Shown here piece after piece: positions 1-14,000 of a stretch of DNA of 48,685 nt. The stretch's first letter is position 1; each line of letters starts with the position of its first letter. The stretch is from Candidatus Lindowbacteria bacterium RIFCSPLOWO2_12_FULL_62_27 (GTDB taxonomy: Bacteria; Lindowbacteria; 2-12-FULL-62-27): contig MFPR01000002.1 in assembly GCA_001784175.1 (NCBI GenBank), positions 62,001 to 110,685 of the forward strand. Reading direction: 5' to 3'. A program made the position numbers and the translations under genes. Below the pieces are notes generated by a model. The model did no database searches. It saw nothing but the letters and a program-made list of their open reading frames with translations, and had not been told where the DNA came from.

Positions 1-2040
1 ATCGCCGTTGGGGCTGATCTGTGCGTTGGTGAGCGCGAAGTTTTTGATCTGGAGCGTGGCGCTCTGGGCTTTGAGTTCGCCGGTCTTCAGAGAGAGGTTC
101 CCGGACAGGTCCTGCACGGTGACTTTGACGTCGTAAATCCCGTCCGGGATGCCGCTCGGGCCGGCGGTTGAGATGTAATTGCCGGTGCCGTTGAAGACGG
201 GCTGGAACGAGAGGTCGGACTGTTTGGCCCCGTCCTTCTTGAACAATTCCACCCGCATGTTGCCACCGGGCCGTGTGCGGAGTTCGAAATCGGTGTTGAT
301 CACCCGTCCGCTGGCGCTGAGCCGGAGGACGCCGGTGACGCCGGTGATGGTGGCGAATTCGGTATTGACGTCCGCCACCGTATTGACCTGACTGCCCTCT
401 TTGATCGTGACGACCTCGGACTGGATCGTCTGGCCTTTGGCATTTGTCCCGAGGACCTGGAGATCAACGCTGGCGTTGATCAGTTGCGTGGTCACGACGA
501 TCTGGAGTTTGGTCGGCGTGGTCGGGTTGACGGGTCCGGCGGTGGGCGTGAGGGCAAACCCGGACGACACGCCGTCGTAGAAGACATTGAAGCGTTCGAG
601 GAGTTCCGCGGATTCGACATTCGACACGCTGATGCTGATGGTGGCGACGTCGTTCAGGTTGTCGCCGTTGGGCGAGAAGGGGCTGGGCGCGATTCCTGTG
701 ATGTTGACGATCGGCAGGAGGGTGTCGAGCCGGACCTGGCCGAGTTTCTGGGTGGCGACGTTTGCGGCGGCGTCTCGCACCGAACACCAGACGTCGTAGG
801 TATTGTCGGCGACGCCGCCGCCCCACGAGAATTTGGCCTGCCCGCCGGTGCGGAACTGGTTGAGGACGACCGTATCGATGGCGTTTTTATCATCGAGGGA
901 CCCTGCGGCGGTGATCACGACCGTGCAGAAGGCGTCCTCGGAGAGCGTGAAGATGAAGTCGACCGTATCGTTGACGCCGTCGCCGTTGGGCGAGAAGGGG
1001 CTGGGCGCGACGGAGACGTTCGAGATGTTGGGCGCGAGCACATCGGCCGCCGCGGTGTCGTATTTGACGAAAGTGCTGTCTGTCGGGTCCTCGGCATTGT
1101 TGCCGGCGTCGATCCCCTTGGACACGATGAGAACCGTGGTGACGGACTGGACGCTGAATTTGTTCCACTGGATGAAGTAGGTCCAGTTGGTGGTCCCGAC
1201 GGCGGTGTCGTAGACGAAGGTGTCGCCGTAGGGCGCGGTGGTGTCGAATCCGACGAGGACGGTCTTGACCGACGAGGTGGTGTCGAAGGCCGATCCGGAG
1301 ATGGTGACGTCGGTGTTGAAGATCTTGTTGTTGGGCGGATAGGCCATCGTGGTGACGGGTCCGCGCTTGTCGAAATTGAACCGCCGTTCCGTCGTCGAGA
1401 TCAGGCCGGTCAGGTCGCGCGCCGTGACCACGATCCGGTAGTTGCCCTCCTCGGTCACCGCGTCCAGGCTGTCGGACAGCGTCAGTTTCATGACGCTGTC
1501 GCCGATGGTCGTCCGCGCGCCGTCGATCTTGGACGTGCCCTTGTACAGTTCGAGCGTGCTGATGGAGAGGTTGACGCCGGAACTGTCGCGGACGACGACG
1601 CCAAGGGTGACGATGCTGTCGGTGAAGGACTCGTTGTCGTCGATCGTGTCGCCCTGGTCGGCGCGGAACCAGAGGGCGACCCGGGGTTTAAGCGTGTCGA
1701 GGAAGAAGGTCCGCGTGTCGTAGGCGACGTTGCCGGCCTTGTCGGTGGCCGTGACCACAAACCGGTAGGACCGGTCGTAGGCCCCGGTCGTGTCGAACGC
1801 GGCGGCCAGGGTGAAGGTCAGTGTATTGGTGGCGGCGTCGAAGCTGGATGATCCGCCGATGTTGGTGCCGGCGGAATCCGTGAGCAGGACGGAACTCAGG
1901 GTTCCGTCGACCCCCGCGACCTTGTCCGTGCCGAGGGACAGGGCGTCGTCGCCGAGTGTGACGGTGATCTTTGTGAGCGCGCCCGTGAAGGTGTCCTTAC
2001 CGGCCGGCACCGACGTCAGGATCTGGGGCTGGGTGCGGTC
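1..2040 (-). repeat. Third, more diverged and edge-truncated copy of the second super-repeat
   Basis: YDRTQPQILTSVP...VAGVDGTLSSVLLTDSAGTNIGG parallels YDQSAPSILSSVP...VAGVDSAASSIRLYDSAGALIGG at ~11580-11390. It is followed by the same module order, including two FSPNGD domains. Confidence 0.65.
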
Positions 2041-5000
2041 GTAAATGATCATCGTGCCGGTCTTCTTCGTGAGGTCCTCCAGGTTGCCCGCGGTGTCCTG
2101 GGCCTGGCTCTTGATGGTGTACGCGCCGTCGCCGCCGTCCGAGAAGACGGATGCGCTGACGTTGAAGAAGAAGGTGTCCGGATCGAGCGAGGCGTCGATG
2201 TGTCCCTGGCCGCTCGTGAGGACACTCTTCTTCTGGATGAGCCCGTTGGGCAGGGTGACCTCGACGAAGACGTCTTTGGCGTCGCTGCCGAAGACGCGGC
2301 CGTCGACGCGGATGACCGTCGTGTCAAACGGCGTAAGCCCCCCCGCCGGGTCCTTGATCGAGTCGATGACCGAAATCGGCGAGATGCTGTCCAGCACGAC
2401 CTCGGCGACTTCCTTGTCCGCGTACACGTCGACGGCGATGGAACTGTCGCCGGCGAAGACCTGGAGGGTGTCGATCACGTCGAAGAGCTGGCCGGTCACA
2501 GGCTGATAGAGCCGCGCGATTTCCGCGCCCTGGATGAGCGTAATCGTGTCCGACACCGCCGTCCCGCTGCTCTTGCCGCGCACGACCAGCGTGGTGGTCG
2601 TGTCGATGCTGCTGCGCGTGATGATCACGAACTTGGACGGCCGCGGCGAGGTGTCGGGGAACGCGGGCGTAACGGTGGCGGCGGTTTCGGTCGTGAAGGT
2701 CACGCGTGCGCCGGTGGTGCGGCTGATGTTTCCGCCGGCGTCTTTGGCGGACACGGTGATGAGGTTCGGGCCCTCGTTCAGGGTGAGTTTGTGCGTGTAC
2801 CGGCTGGTGGCCGGGTCGACGACCACCGACACTTTTTCCGCGACGGCGTTATTGGAAACCGTCACGGTGAGGCCCGGCTCGCCCTGTCCCGAAATTTCCT
2901 GCTGCGAGACATTGACCACAATGTCGCCGTTGTCGACGGTGGGCCGGGTTGGGGCGGTCAGATCGATGGTGATCCGGACGCTGGCCCTTGCCGATTCACC
3001 CGTCTTGGGATCGAACGCCGTGACCACGGCCTCGTAAGGGCCGTCGACCTGCACGACACCGGAATCGTTCTTGCCGTCCCACACCGCCGTCTGGCCGCCC
3101 TTGAGAAGCGCCTTGGCCGAATGGATCACGCGGACGGGTGTTGTGTCGGAGAGGTCCTTGTAGACTTTGACCGAAACATCCGCGTTGTCCGACAGCTCAT
3201 AGGTCATGACGCTCTCATCCGTGACGAAGTCGAGGTTCGGCGAAATGACGTCGGGCACGGCTTTGACGTTCTTGATCGACAGCGGCGTATTGTCCACGCG
3301 AACGCTGCCGGTATGAAGCGCTTGATTGCCGGAAACGTCCGCGACCCGGATGGTGAAGGTCCAGTCGCCGTCCGGTGAAACGACGGCGCCGACCTTGGGC
3401 GGCTGGAAGGACCCGAAATTGCCGCCGTACGTTCCCGGGCCGATGAATACCGGCGACATGTCCGGAAGAACGGTGACGGTGCCGTCGGGCGACCGCATTT
3501 CGATGTTGGCCGATCCGGTGGCGGTGGTGATCATGAGGGACCCGCCGGTCCCCGCGTCGATTCCGTCGACCTGCACGTTGAGGACCTCAAAAAATTCGGC
3601 GTTGATCAGCTTGCTGGCGCCGATGGGGTCATCTTCAGGCAAGCGGACCGAGGAGGTGACGATATTTCCGACGGCGTCGCGGCCGATCACGATGACATCC
3701 ACCGTCGTGGTGGTCTTGGAGGTTTTGACGACCCGCAATTTGGACGGTTTTCCGAGCGATTCCCGCGGATGCACCGGCCCGAAATCGAATTTGTTGAATC
3801 CCACCACCCCGATCACCACCACGTCGCCGAAGATGCTGGAACTGGCTGATCCGTTGAACCGGGTACGGTCGCTGACGATGCTGGACGTGTACGTCAGCGC
3901 GGCCACCTGGAAGGCCTGTTCAACGCCGGACACGTCGAAATTGATGGTGGTGATGTCATTGACGTTGTCGTTGTTGGGCGAGAACGGGGACACGCCGAGA
4001 ATGACGTTGAATATTTTCGGCACCGTCACGTCCAATCGTATCGACCCGAACGCCTCACCCGCATTTCCTTTCGCGTCGAAGGCGCGGATGTTGAACACGT
4101 AATTGCCCTCCGGCAGAATCGTTCCGGTGTCGTTTTTGCCGTCCCACGTAATGTTGTTGACGCCGGCCGTCAGATTCTTGAAAAGGAGGGTGTCGCCGAC
4201 CCGCGAAACCGTCGTGTCGTCCGGCCCGAAGAAGGTGATGAGGATGGTGTCGCAGATTTCGGAGAGGCCGAAGGTGATGCCGGCGACGTCGTTCTGGCCA
4301 TCGTTATTGGGCGAGAACGGGTTGGGCGTAACCGAGACGTTGAAGACATTGGGCCCGACGATGTCGGTCGCGTCGGTGTCGTAAAAGAGGATGATGCTGT
4401 CGCCGATGATGGTGTTGCCGGAAGCGTCGATCCCCTGGATTTCGACGATGATGAACGTGTCGGGACTGCCGGCCGGGAGGAGGTCGGTCGGGTTCAATCC
4501 GAATGTCCAGGAGATCGTGCCGCCGGTGAGCGCGAAGGCGGTCGCGTCCGTATCGTTGAATTGTCTGAGTCGTCCTTCGACCCGGCGGATGAAGCCGGCG
4601 TCGGACGCGGAGCCGGTGATCACCGCCGGCCCGTTGATGACCGCGCCATCGGCGACCGGATACAGAATCGTGATCTTCGGGGGCGTGCGGTCATACTGGA
4701 ATGTCCGGAAATACGTCTGCGCGTCCTGGCCGGCCTTGTCGTAAGCGATGACCTTGACGCGGTATTCGCCTTCATCCGTGCTCTCATCCAGGGCGTTGGT
4801 CGGGAAGAATGTGTAGGTGTCGCCCGAAATCACCTGTGTGCCGCTCACGACGGTATAGGTGGGGGTCGACAATCCCGCGATGCGTTTCTCGAGATTGATC
4901 TGGCTGCGCGCCGGATCCACGCCCGCGAAACTGTCGGCCAGGACCACGGACACGGAAATGACGGTGGTGCCTGTGGACGCGCCGGTGGCCGTGATGGTTT

Positions 5001-8000
5001 CAGAGGGAATCCCGTTCAGATAGAAGAGTGTGGCCAGGGGCGGCGCGGCGTCGTGGAAGAAGGAGAAGGTGTCGAAGGCGATGTTGCCGGACTTGTCCTG
5101 AACGCTCGCCGATATCATGTAGGTGCCGTCGGCGGTGCCGTCGAGCGGCAGCGGTGTCGAAAAATCGAAAGAGAGGATAAAGACGGAGGTGTCGGTCTTG
5201 GAGGTGCGCATCTTGTACGTGCCGGTCTTGTTCACGGTGGCCGGCGACACAACGATTTTGACGCTCGATGCCGCCTCGTCCACGCTCGAGGCTATTTCCC
5301 GCGTGTGGACTTGGATGGTGGCCAGGCCGGCGATTCCGGCGATGCCGGTTTCGTCATGGCCGTCCACAAGGGCGCCCGAGAAGGGCGACCGGGAGGTGAT
5401 GAGCGGCGGCGTGATGTCGTACATGAAGGACTTGGCGTTGGCCAACTGGGGTTCCTCGAAGAGCCCGTTGATGTTTCTCGCCCGCGACCGCACCGTGTAG
5501 GGGCCTTCGCCGCCGAGGTCCAGATGGAATTTGGACAGCGTGAACACCCAGGTATCGGGATCGGGCACGGTGGAGAGGGTGTCGACCCTGACCCAGCCGG
5601 TGACGGCGCCGTTGGGATAGGTGATCTGGATTTCGACACTGGCAAGGTTGGCGCCGGAGGATGCGCCGCGCACCGTCAGGGGTCCCGTGTTGTAGAAGAG
5701 ATCGGCGTCGGTCCCAAATACGACGTCGTCCACCCGGGTGGTGGGCGGGGCCTCCGGCGCGACGATGCGGGCCTCGACCACGGCTTCCGCGGCCGCGACG
5801 TTGGCGGCGGCGTCCGACGCCGTGATCACGATCTTGTACTCGCCGTCGGCAATCGCCGCCAGTTCCACCGACGAGCCAATCACCTTGCCCGATCCGAACT
5901 GCACGACGTATTCGCTGTCCACGGTGAACTCCAGGTACTTGCCGCCCTTGCCGCCGAACGCCGGGTCGTCCACCACCCGGGTCAGGTCCGAATCGATGAG
6001 ATGCAGGTTCGTCGAGACGGTCACGTTGACGCCCGACATGGTCTGGGCCTCGATGGTGCCCTGTTTCACGCCGCTTGTCCGGAACCGCACAAACACGTGG
6101 TCCAGAATGCCGTCGTTGTCGGGTGAAAACGGCGTCGGCCCCACCGACAGGATGGTGATCACCGGCGGCGTAATGTCCTTGCGGGCCGCCGTCATGGCCA
6201 CGCTCTGGTTCCGGCCCGCATCGATCGCCGTCAGCTCAAACCGGTAGTCGCCCTCGGGCACGAACAGTCCCTGATAGTCCCGGCCGTCCCACGAGAGGGC
6301 ATTTTGGCCGGCGGGCTGGGCCACGCCGCCGGACGATGGAACGGTGTCGACAAACGCGCCGGCGCCGGTCTTGATCAGGATGACGGCCGTGTCGATGTTT
6401 TCCGTAAAGATGTAGCTGAACGTCACGCCGGAATCCTTGAAGGGACTGGGGTTGGCCACAAAACTCGATATGAGGGGCGGTGTGATGTCGGTCAGGCGCG
6501 TGTCGTAGCGGATCGTGAGGGTATCGGACAGCGGGCCGGTATTGCCGGCGACGTCGACCGCGTAGGCCTGGATCTTCCAGTAGCCGAGGGTATCCCCGAA
6601 GAGATTGAAGTGGAGGGTGGCGATCCAGGGCGCGACGGCGGCGGCCAGGGTGTCGATCCCGTCCGCGAGGGCCGTGGAGTCGTCCGACCTCGGCGCGAAG
6701 ACGCGCACGTAGACTTTCGATACGGCCGAGTTCGTGTCGGAGGCCGTGCCGCTGACCGCGATGGGTCCTGTGTTGAACGCGGCATTTTGCGCGGGCGACA
6801 AAATGATCGCCGACGGCAGATCCCGGTCGAACACGAAGGTGGCGGTGTCGGCGGTGAAGTTCCCGGCGGCGTCGATGGCCGTGACGGCGAGGGTGTACAG
6901 TCCGGCCTCGGCGGCGGCGTCCAGGGCCGACGCAATCGTCAGCCGGCGGGCCATCGTGTCGGGGCCGGTGTCAAACTCGAACGATCCGATCTGCTGGTTG
7001 AGGGCGTTGTAGAGGTAAACCCGGGTCGTGTCGTTGTATCCGGCCACGTCCGAAACCTTGCCGTTGGGGCTGGAGGTGGTGTCCAGGAGGTCGACGCCGA
7101 CCACGATCACGCTGTCGTTGAAGGCCGTGCCGCTTTTGGCCGTGAAGGTTTCCATGACGCTGACGGACACGCCATGGACAGCGAAGAAGTTCTGGATCGA
7201 TGGCTTGACCGTATCGTACCGGATGATCCGCGTGTCCGTGACGCCCGCGACGTTGCCGCCCTTGTCGTAGACGACCATGTAAATCGCGTAGTCGCCGTCC
7301 TGGATCCCGTTGGTCGCCCGAACCAGATTCACCCCTCGGGTGTCGGTCACGCCCGGCAGGCCACTCGAAGCGAGGGTGACGATGTTGACCTGCTCGCCGA
7401 ACACGCCGTCGCCGTTTTCGTCCCAGATCCACCTTAGCTCCGGCGCCGTGTCCGTCCCCGTCACCGTATCGCCGAACGTCACGACCAGGTTGTCCAGCCG
7501 GTTGGTCCGGGCGCCCGACTCGAGGCTGATCGAATAGAAGGGCGGCTCGCCGTCGTATTTGAATGTCCGCTTCGACGCGCTCTGATTGCCGGCCATGTCG
7601 AACGCATTGACCTGGACTTCCAGAATTCCGTTGGCCGGCGTCGAATCGGACAGCCAGAAGATCAGGAGCGAGTCGCCGGCGCGGCTCACGACCCCCGGGA
7701 CGTTCTGGTTCGCCGTCAGGTTCCAGACGTTGATGCCGCTGGCGGCCAGACTGAGTCCGCCATTGAATTTGAAGCCCATGTCGGTGGCGGTCTGACTCGA
7801 AGAATCTGTGAGATGCACGGCGATCGAATCGATGGAATCCTTGCCGCCGAAGATCCGGCCCTCCGCCATCGTCTCCCCGCCGCCCCGGTTGTTCAAATAG
7901 AAGATGCTCCCCAGGACCGTTGGCCCCACGCTGTCGAGGACAAAGGAATCGGACAGGGTCGAGGTATTGCCGACGTTGTCCACCGCCGTCACATAAATGC

Positions 8001-11000
8001 CATAGACGCCGTCTTTTTTACCGTCGGGCGCCACGTCGAAAATGAGGTCCAACGTCAGTTCGTTCACATTGTTTTGGCTCTTCGTCACCACCGCGTCCGC
8101 TCCCACCGGCTCCACCAGCCGGGCGCCGCCGAGGGTCGAGTTCAGATTCAAGCCCGCCATGCCGACGTCCGAGAGCTTCACCCGGACGAGGCCAATACCC
8201 GTCTTGACGGTCGTGTCAAGACTCGTAAGGACCTTGGCGACCCCCGCCGAGTCGACCACGGTGATGGCGGCCGACGTGTCAAACGCCGGGCCGAGCCGGT
8301 CGACCACAAAGGTCGCCGCCACCGAAGTGTCCTGATTGCCGACGTTGTCGACCGCGACGGCCGTGACGGTGTAGAGGCCGTCGCCGCCGGCCAGGAGGGT
8401 CGAGTTGGGGACCCGGACAATCCACGTGTCTGAGGCCGTGCTCGAGGTGGTGTCGATCGACCTGCCCGGGAAATCCGGCGTTTTGACGAGCTGGGCGGAT
8501 CCGTCCGGCAGACGCACGGTGACGTCCACCCGTGTGAGCATCCCGTTGAGGCCGGCCGGCGTGCTCCGGCCGATCACCAGGACCGCCTCCGTCGGATCGA
8601 TGGCGCTCTTGCCGTCCAGCGGACTGACCTGACTGCTGAACTCCTCGCGGATGGTGGTGATCGAGGGTTTCGGCGCGGTGATGTCGCGGGTGAAGATCAC
8701 GATCTGGTCGTCGGCCCTAATTTCGATGGTGTTCGGCGGATTGGAGTCGGCGGAAGCTCCCGACACGGCGATGGTGTCGAACCGGATGAAGGACTGGCTG
8801 CCTTTGAACATCTGGCCGGCCACGGCGCCGGAGTCGATCTGGATGGTGTCGTAAATGACCGCGCCCAGCGTGTTGGCGCCGCCAATCACCACCGTCGTCG
8901 CGCGAGTGTCGACGTCCACCCGCAGAATAATGGCGGCCGGGCTGGGCCTCGGCAAGGCGGTTTCTCCCCCGATGGACACCCCGGCCGGACCCACGCCGAC
9001 CAGCGTCACGCTGGCCTGGCCGGACAGGCGGCTCACGTTGGATACGGAATCAATGGCTTCGGTGTAAATGAGGTTGCGACCCTCCACGATCGGCACGTTT
9101 GCGAACGTGAAGAGGCCGGTCAAAGGCGCGGCGGTCTGGGGCGTGCCCGTCCCCGCGCCGTTCACCACCAGCCGCACCGCCGCCTCCGGCTCCGCCACGC
9201 CGGTGACGGTGACGGCGGAGGCGGTGACGAACGCGTCCGGCGAGGCGATCTGCGGCGGCGCCGGACGCGTAAGGTCCAATTTGACCGTGCCGCTCACGCT
9301 GACGCCGTCTCCCGTCAGGGGATCGACCGCGATGATCTTGAAGGCGTACGTCTTGTCCGGCATCGTGTCCCCGGCGGTCCGCAGGCCGTCCCAGGACTCG
9401 ACGTAGGTCCCGGCGGGCCGCGGCTCGCTGTCGGACACGACCACGCGGACCACCGAATCGGCGTCCAGAATCTGGACCGCCACTCTGGCCCGGTCGTTCG
9501 TGGTGAACTGGAAAAAGACCTTGTCCTGCACAAAATCGCCGTTCGGGCTGAACGTCGGATTGATCACCTGCAGGCCGGTCACGGCCAGCGACACGCTCTT
9601 GGCGGTCACCTGCCCTGTTTTGATCTCGATGTTCCCGCTTCGGTCCGTCGCCGTGATTTTGTAGGTGTAACTGTTGTCCGGTATTTTCACGGCCGCGCCG
9701 TTTTCGATGAGGAAGTTCACATCGTAGCTGCCGTCGCCGACGAAATTCGAAGTGAGTTTGAGGGCCCGGAAGACCGTGCCGTCCGGATTGAGTATGAGGG
9801 CGGATGCGTTGCCGCTGAAGAAGATGAGGCTGAAGGCGGCGCCATCGTCCTCGTTTTGGGCGCCGTCGATGAGGACCCCGTTGATGCTGTCGAAGAAATC
9901 AGGGTCGCCGTTCAGGTCCTTGAAACTGGCAATCCCGGTTTTGATGCCGAGTGAATTGGAAGTCTTGGCGGTCACGCCATACGAGCCGCTCACCCGCATC
10001 GTCACGGTCTTCGAAAAATTGCCCACCACGGCCACATGAACCCCGGAGGGAAACGTGATGGGCCCCGACGTGAAGGTGGCGAAAGGCGGGTTGCCGGACG
10101 GCACGGACAGTTTGAGCGCGCCGATCGTGCCGGACGGTCCGCTGCCGGCGATGGAGAAGCGGACCTGGCTGAAATCGTTCACGCCGTCGAGGTCCGGCGA
10201 GAACGGATTGGGCGCCACCGACAGGACGTCGATGGTCGGTTTCACTGCGTCCCGGATGACCTTCCCAACCCGCTCGACCACGACGTTCCCGGAATCGTCC
10301 CGGGCGGTGATCCAGATCTCGTAGGTGGCGTCCAGCAGATTCCCGCCGGCCCAGAAGACCCGGTTGATGCCGGTCTGGACGGCGACGTTCGGGGGCGCGA
10401 GGGTGTCGACGGCGGCGGCGGGTCCGGCGGAATTTTCGGGCGTGATGAAGAAGGTGCAGTTGGCGTTTTCGGAAATCACGAACGTGACCTGCGTCGAATC
10501 GTTTTTCCCGTCGCCGTTCGGCGTGAAGGGGTTGGGCGAAATGACGACGTTGGAGATGTCGGGCGGCGTGACGTCGGCCTGGGCCGGTTTGTAGTAGACG
10601 GTCAGGGTGTCCGACTCGACTTCGACGTTCCCCGCCTTGTCCCGGCCTCTCGTCACCAGCCGGACCGGCGAATCCGGACCGACCGACAGGGTGGAGAGGT
10701 TGAGGAAATAGGCCCATTCGAAAGCGCTGGGGGTGAGGAGCGCCGGCGTTCCGGTGTCGTACCGGACGCCCGTCCCGGTGTCGACGCCGATGTGGACCGA
10801 ATCGATGCCGCTGAAGGCTTCCGAGTAAGTTCCCGCGATGGAGACGTTGGTGTTGAAGATTTTGCCGGTGATTTCGGGGAACTTGATTTTCGTCACCGGA
10901 CCGACGCGGTCAAACGTGAAGTTGCGGACAAAGGTCCCGGCATTGCCGGCGTTGTCCCTCCTCGTGATCAAGAGTTGATAGAACCCCTCCTCCTCGACGG

Positions 11001-14000
11001 TGTCCAGGGCGTTGGAAAGCCGGAGGATGAGGCTGTCGCCGGAAACGGTCTGCGTGCCGAACACGGACACGCCGTTCTTGAAGAGGTTGACGCTGGAAGC
11101 CGCGACGTTCACGCCGTTGAAACTGTCCGTGATCTGCACCACAAAGCTGTCGACGTTGAGGCTCACCGGCTCGTTTTCCGTGATGTCGTCCGTTGCGCCG
11201 TTCCGCAGAATCGCCACGACGGCCGGGGGCGTCACGTCATAGAAAAATACCAGGGTGTCCTCCAGAATGTTTCCGGCCTGATCGACCGTCCGGACGGCAA
11301 ACCGGTAGAGGCCGTCGGCCGCCCCGGTCGCGACCAGCGGGCTGGCGAGGGTGAACGTGAGCGTGTTTTTGGGGGGATCAAACGTGGTGGCGCCGCCGAT
11401 GAGCGCGCCGGCCGAATCGTACAGCCGAATGGAGCTGGCGGCGCTGTCGACTCCGGCCACGTCGCCGGCGCTGAGGCCGACCACGGTGTCGGTGATGACC
11501 ACCGTGATGTTGCTGAGCTGCGAAATGTGCGTGTCGTTGCGGACCGGCACGGACGACAGGATGGACGGCGCGGACTGGTCGTAAATGAGGCTCAGATCGT
11601 CGGCCGACGTGGCGTCCGGTTCCGCCTCCAGGTTCCCCGCGCCGTCGATCGCCCGGGCCTGCAGGAAGTATCCGCCGTCGCCGGCGGCGGTGAAGATCGA
11701 CGCCGGGATGCTCGCGCCCCAGGTGTCAAACCCCGCCGTGGTCGTCATCGTGTCCGTCGCGTTTATCCAGCCGGTGAAGGTGCCGTTGGGCTGGCGCACC
11801 CGCACCTGCACGTTCACCATCTTCGGTCCGAAACTCCGGCCGGTCACCCGCACGGGGCCTTCGTTGATCGGCGTCGTTTTCTGGCTCGCATTGAATTCCT
11901 TCGCCACCTGGACGTCCGCGGCCGGCGGCGTCGAGTCAAGGGTGAAGAGAACGATTTGGTCCTCCGCCCGCACGTCCACGCTGGTCGGGGGATTGGAGTC
12001 GCCGGCGCCCGAAACCGCCAGCGTGTCGAACCTCGAAAATCGCTTCGTTCCCGTGAGGACTTCGCCCGTCACGGCGTTGGAGTCGATGAGAATCGTGTCA
12101 TACACGACGTCGCCCGTGTCGGACAGCCCGCCCACCACGACCAGGCACGCCCGCGTGTCCATGTCCACATTCAAAACGATCGCCGCCTTCGCCGCCCTCG
12201 GCAGATTCGTGTCACCCGTCAGCGTGATCCCCGACGGCCCCACGCCCTTCAGCGACTTGCCCGTCTGACCGGAAAGAACGCTCCGGTTGAACACGGTATC
12301 GGTCGCCTGGGTATAGAGGACGTTCTTGCCTTCGGTCAATAAAACATTCGAAAATGTAAAGGCGCCGGTGACGGCGTCCGCAAAGAGCGGCGATCCCTGG
12401 ACCGATCCGTTCACAAACAGGATGACACTCGCGCTGGGTTCCGCTTCCCCCAGGACGCTGACCAGACTGGTCCTGACAATCTGGTCCGGAGACGCGATGA
12501 CCGGCGCCGCGGGCCGGTTCAGGTCGATCGTGACCTTGCCGGTGTGGCTGACGCCGTCCCCGGTGATGGCGTCGAGGGCCATGATCCTGAACGCGTAAGT
12601 CTTGTCGGCAAAGGTGTCGCCGGCGGCGCGGATGCCGTCCCAGGACTCGACATACGTTCCCGCCAGACGCGGGCTGACACTGTCGGACACCACGACATCC
12701 ACCACCGAGTCGTTGTCCAGAATTTCGATCGTGACGAAGGCCCGGTCGTTGATGGTGAATTTGAAAAAGGATTTGTCCTGCAGAAAATCGTTGTTGGGGC
12801 TGAAAACCGAATTGGTCACCTGCACGTTCGTGATCGTCACGGCCTTGCTCTTCGCCGTCACAATCCCTGTCTTGATGTCGACGTTCCCGCTCTGGTCCAC
12901 GGCCACGAGCTTGTACGTGTAGTTGTCGTCCGGTACAACGTCCACCGTGACTGCCGCCACGGGGTCGACCAGTCCATTGGTGAAAGATGCGTCGTAGGTG
13001 CCGTCCCCGGAGAACGTCTGGCCGAGGGGCAGGCGGTTGAACAGCGGTGTCCCGTCGGACTTGAGGATCGACATGGAAACGTTGCCGCTGTAATAAACAA
13101 GTTTGGCCTGGGCGCCGATCTCTACAGTCCCGAAGCCGGAGAAATCGACGCCGTCGACGGAGTCAAAGAAGTCGGGGTCTCCGTTCAAGTCGGTGAAAAA
13201 GAACGTGCCTACGGCGGCGGCCGGGATGATGACCAATCTGGAGGTTTTGGTCGTATTGCCCAATCTCCCGGTAAGTCGAATATCCGAGCGGTTGGTTATA
13301 TCCAAAGGCGTTGTGACAACGAGGGCGACATGAACATTTCTGGGCATCGGGATGGGTGAGCGAGTAAAGGATACGCTAAAGTTTGACGTGAGAGCGACAT
13401 CCCCGACCTCGCCGGTCCCGCCGCTGCCGGCGACGGTGAATCGAATGACCGAAACGTCATTGATCCCGTCCTCGTTCGGAGAAAACGGGTTCGGCGCCAC
13501 GGAAAGGATGGTGACCGTGGGTTTGATCGAATCACGGATGACCGAAGCCAGCCGCTCCACCACCACGTTGCCGGAGGCGTCCCGCGCGGTGATCCAGAAG
13601 TCGTAGGCGCCGTCGATCACGTTGCCGCCGTTCCAGTAGAACCGGTTCTGGCCGGTTTGCACGGCCACGTTGATCCCGATCGTATCCACGGCCGCCGCCG
13701 GCCCGGCGGCGCCAAACGGCGTCATGACGATGGTGCAGACGGCATTTTCGGAAATCACGAACATCAGTTGCGCCGAGTCATTGTTGCCGTCGCCGTTCGG
13801 CGAAAAGGGGTTCGGAGAGATTTCGACATTGGAGATGTCCGGCGGCGCCGCGTCGGCCTGCGCCGGCTTGTAGTAAACGGTGATCGTGTCCGATTCGATT
13901 TCGATGTTCCCCGACTTGTCGCGCCCCCGCGTGACCAGCCGGACCGGGCTGTCCGGCCCCACCGACAGGGTCGACAGTTTCAGCGCGTAGGACCACTCGC

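Noticed and set aside
11366-11376. T5G6 tract (also T6 runs near 14227 and 15595) as phase-variation or frameshift sites
   Set aside because: The runs are short and in frame, are expected by chance in 48 kb, and I identified no supporting frameshift signal.
13230-13400. Diversity-generating retroelement variable repeat
   Set aside because: No template repeat or reverse transcriptase is visible in the window. Adenine mutagenesis mainly alters the first two positions of AAY codons and would not explain A/T-rich third positions. A remote template cannot be excluded.
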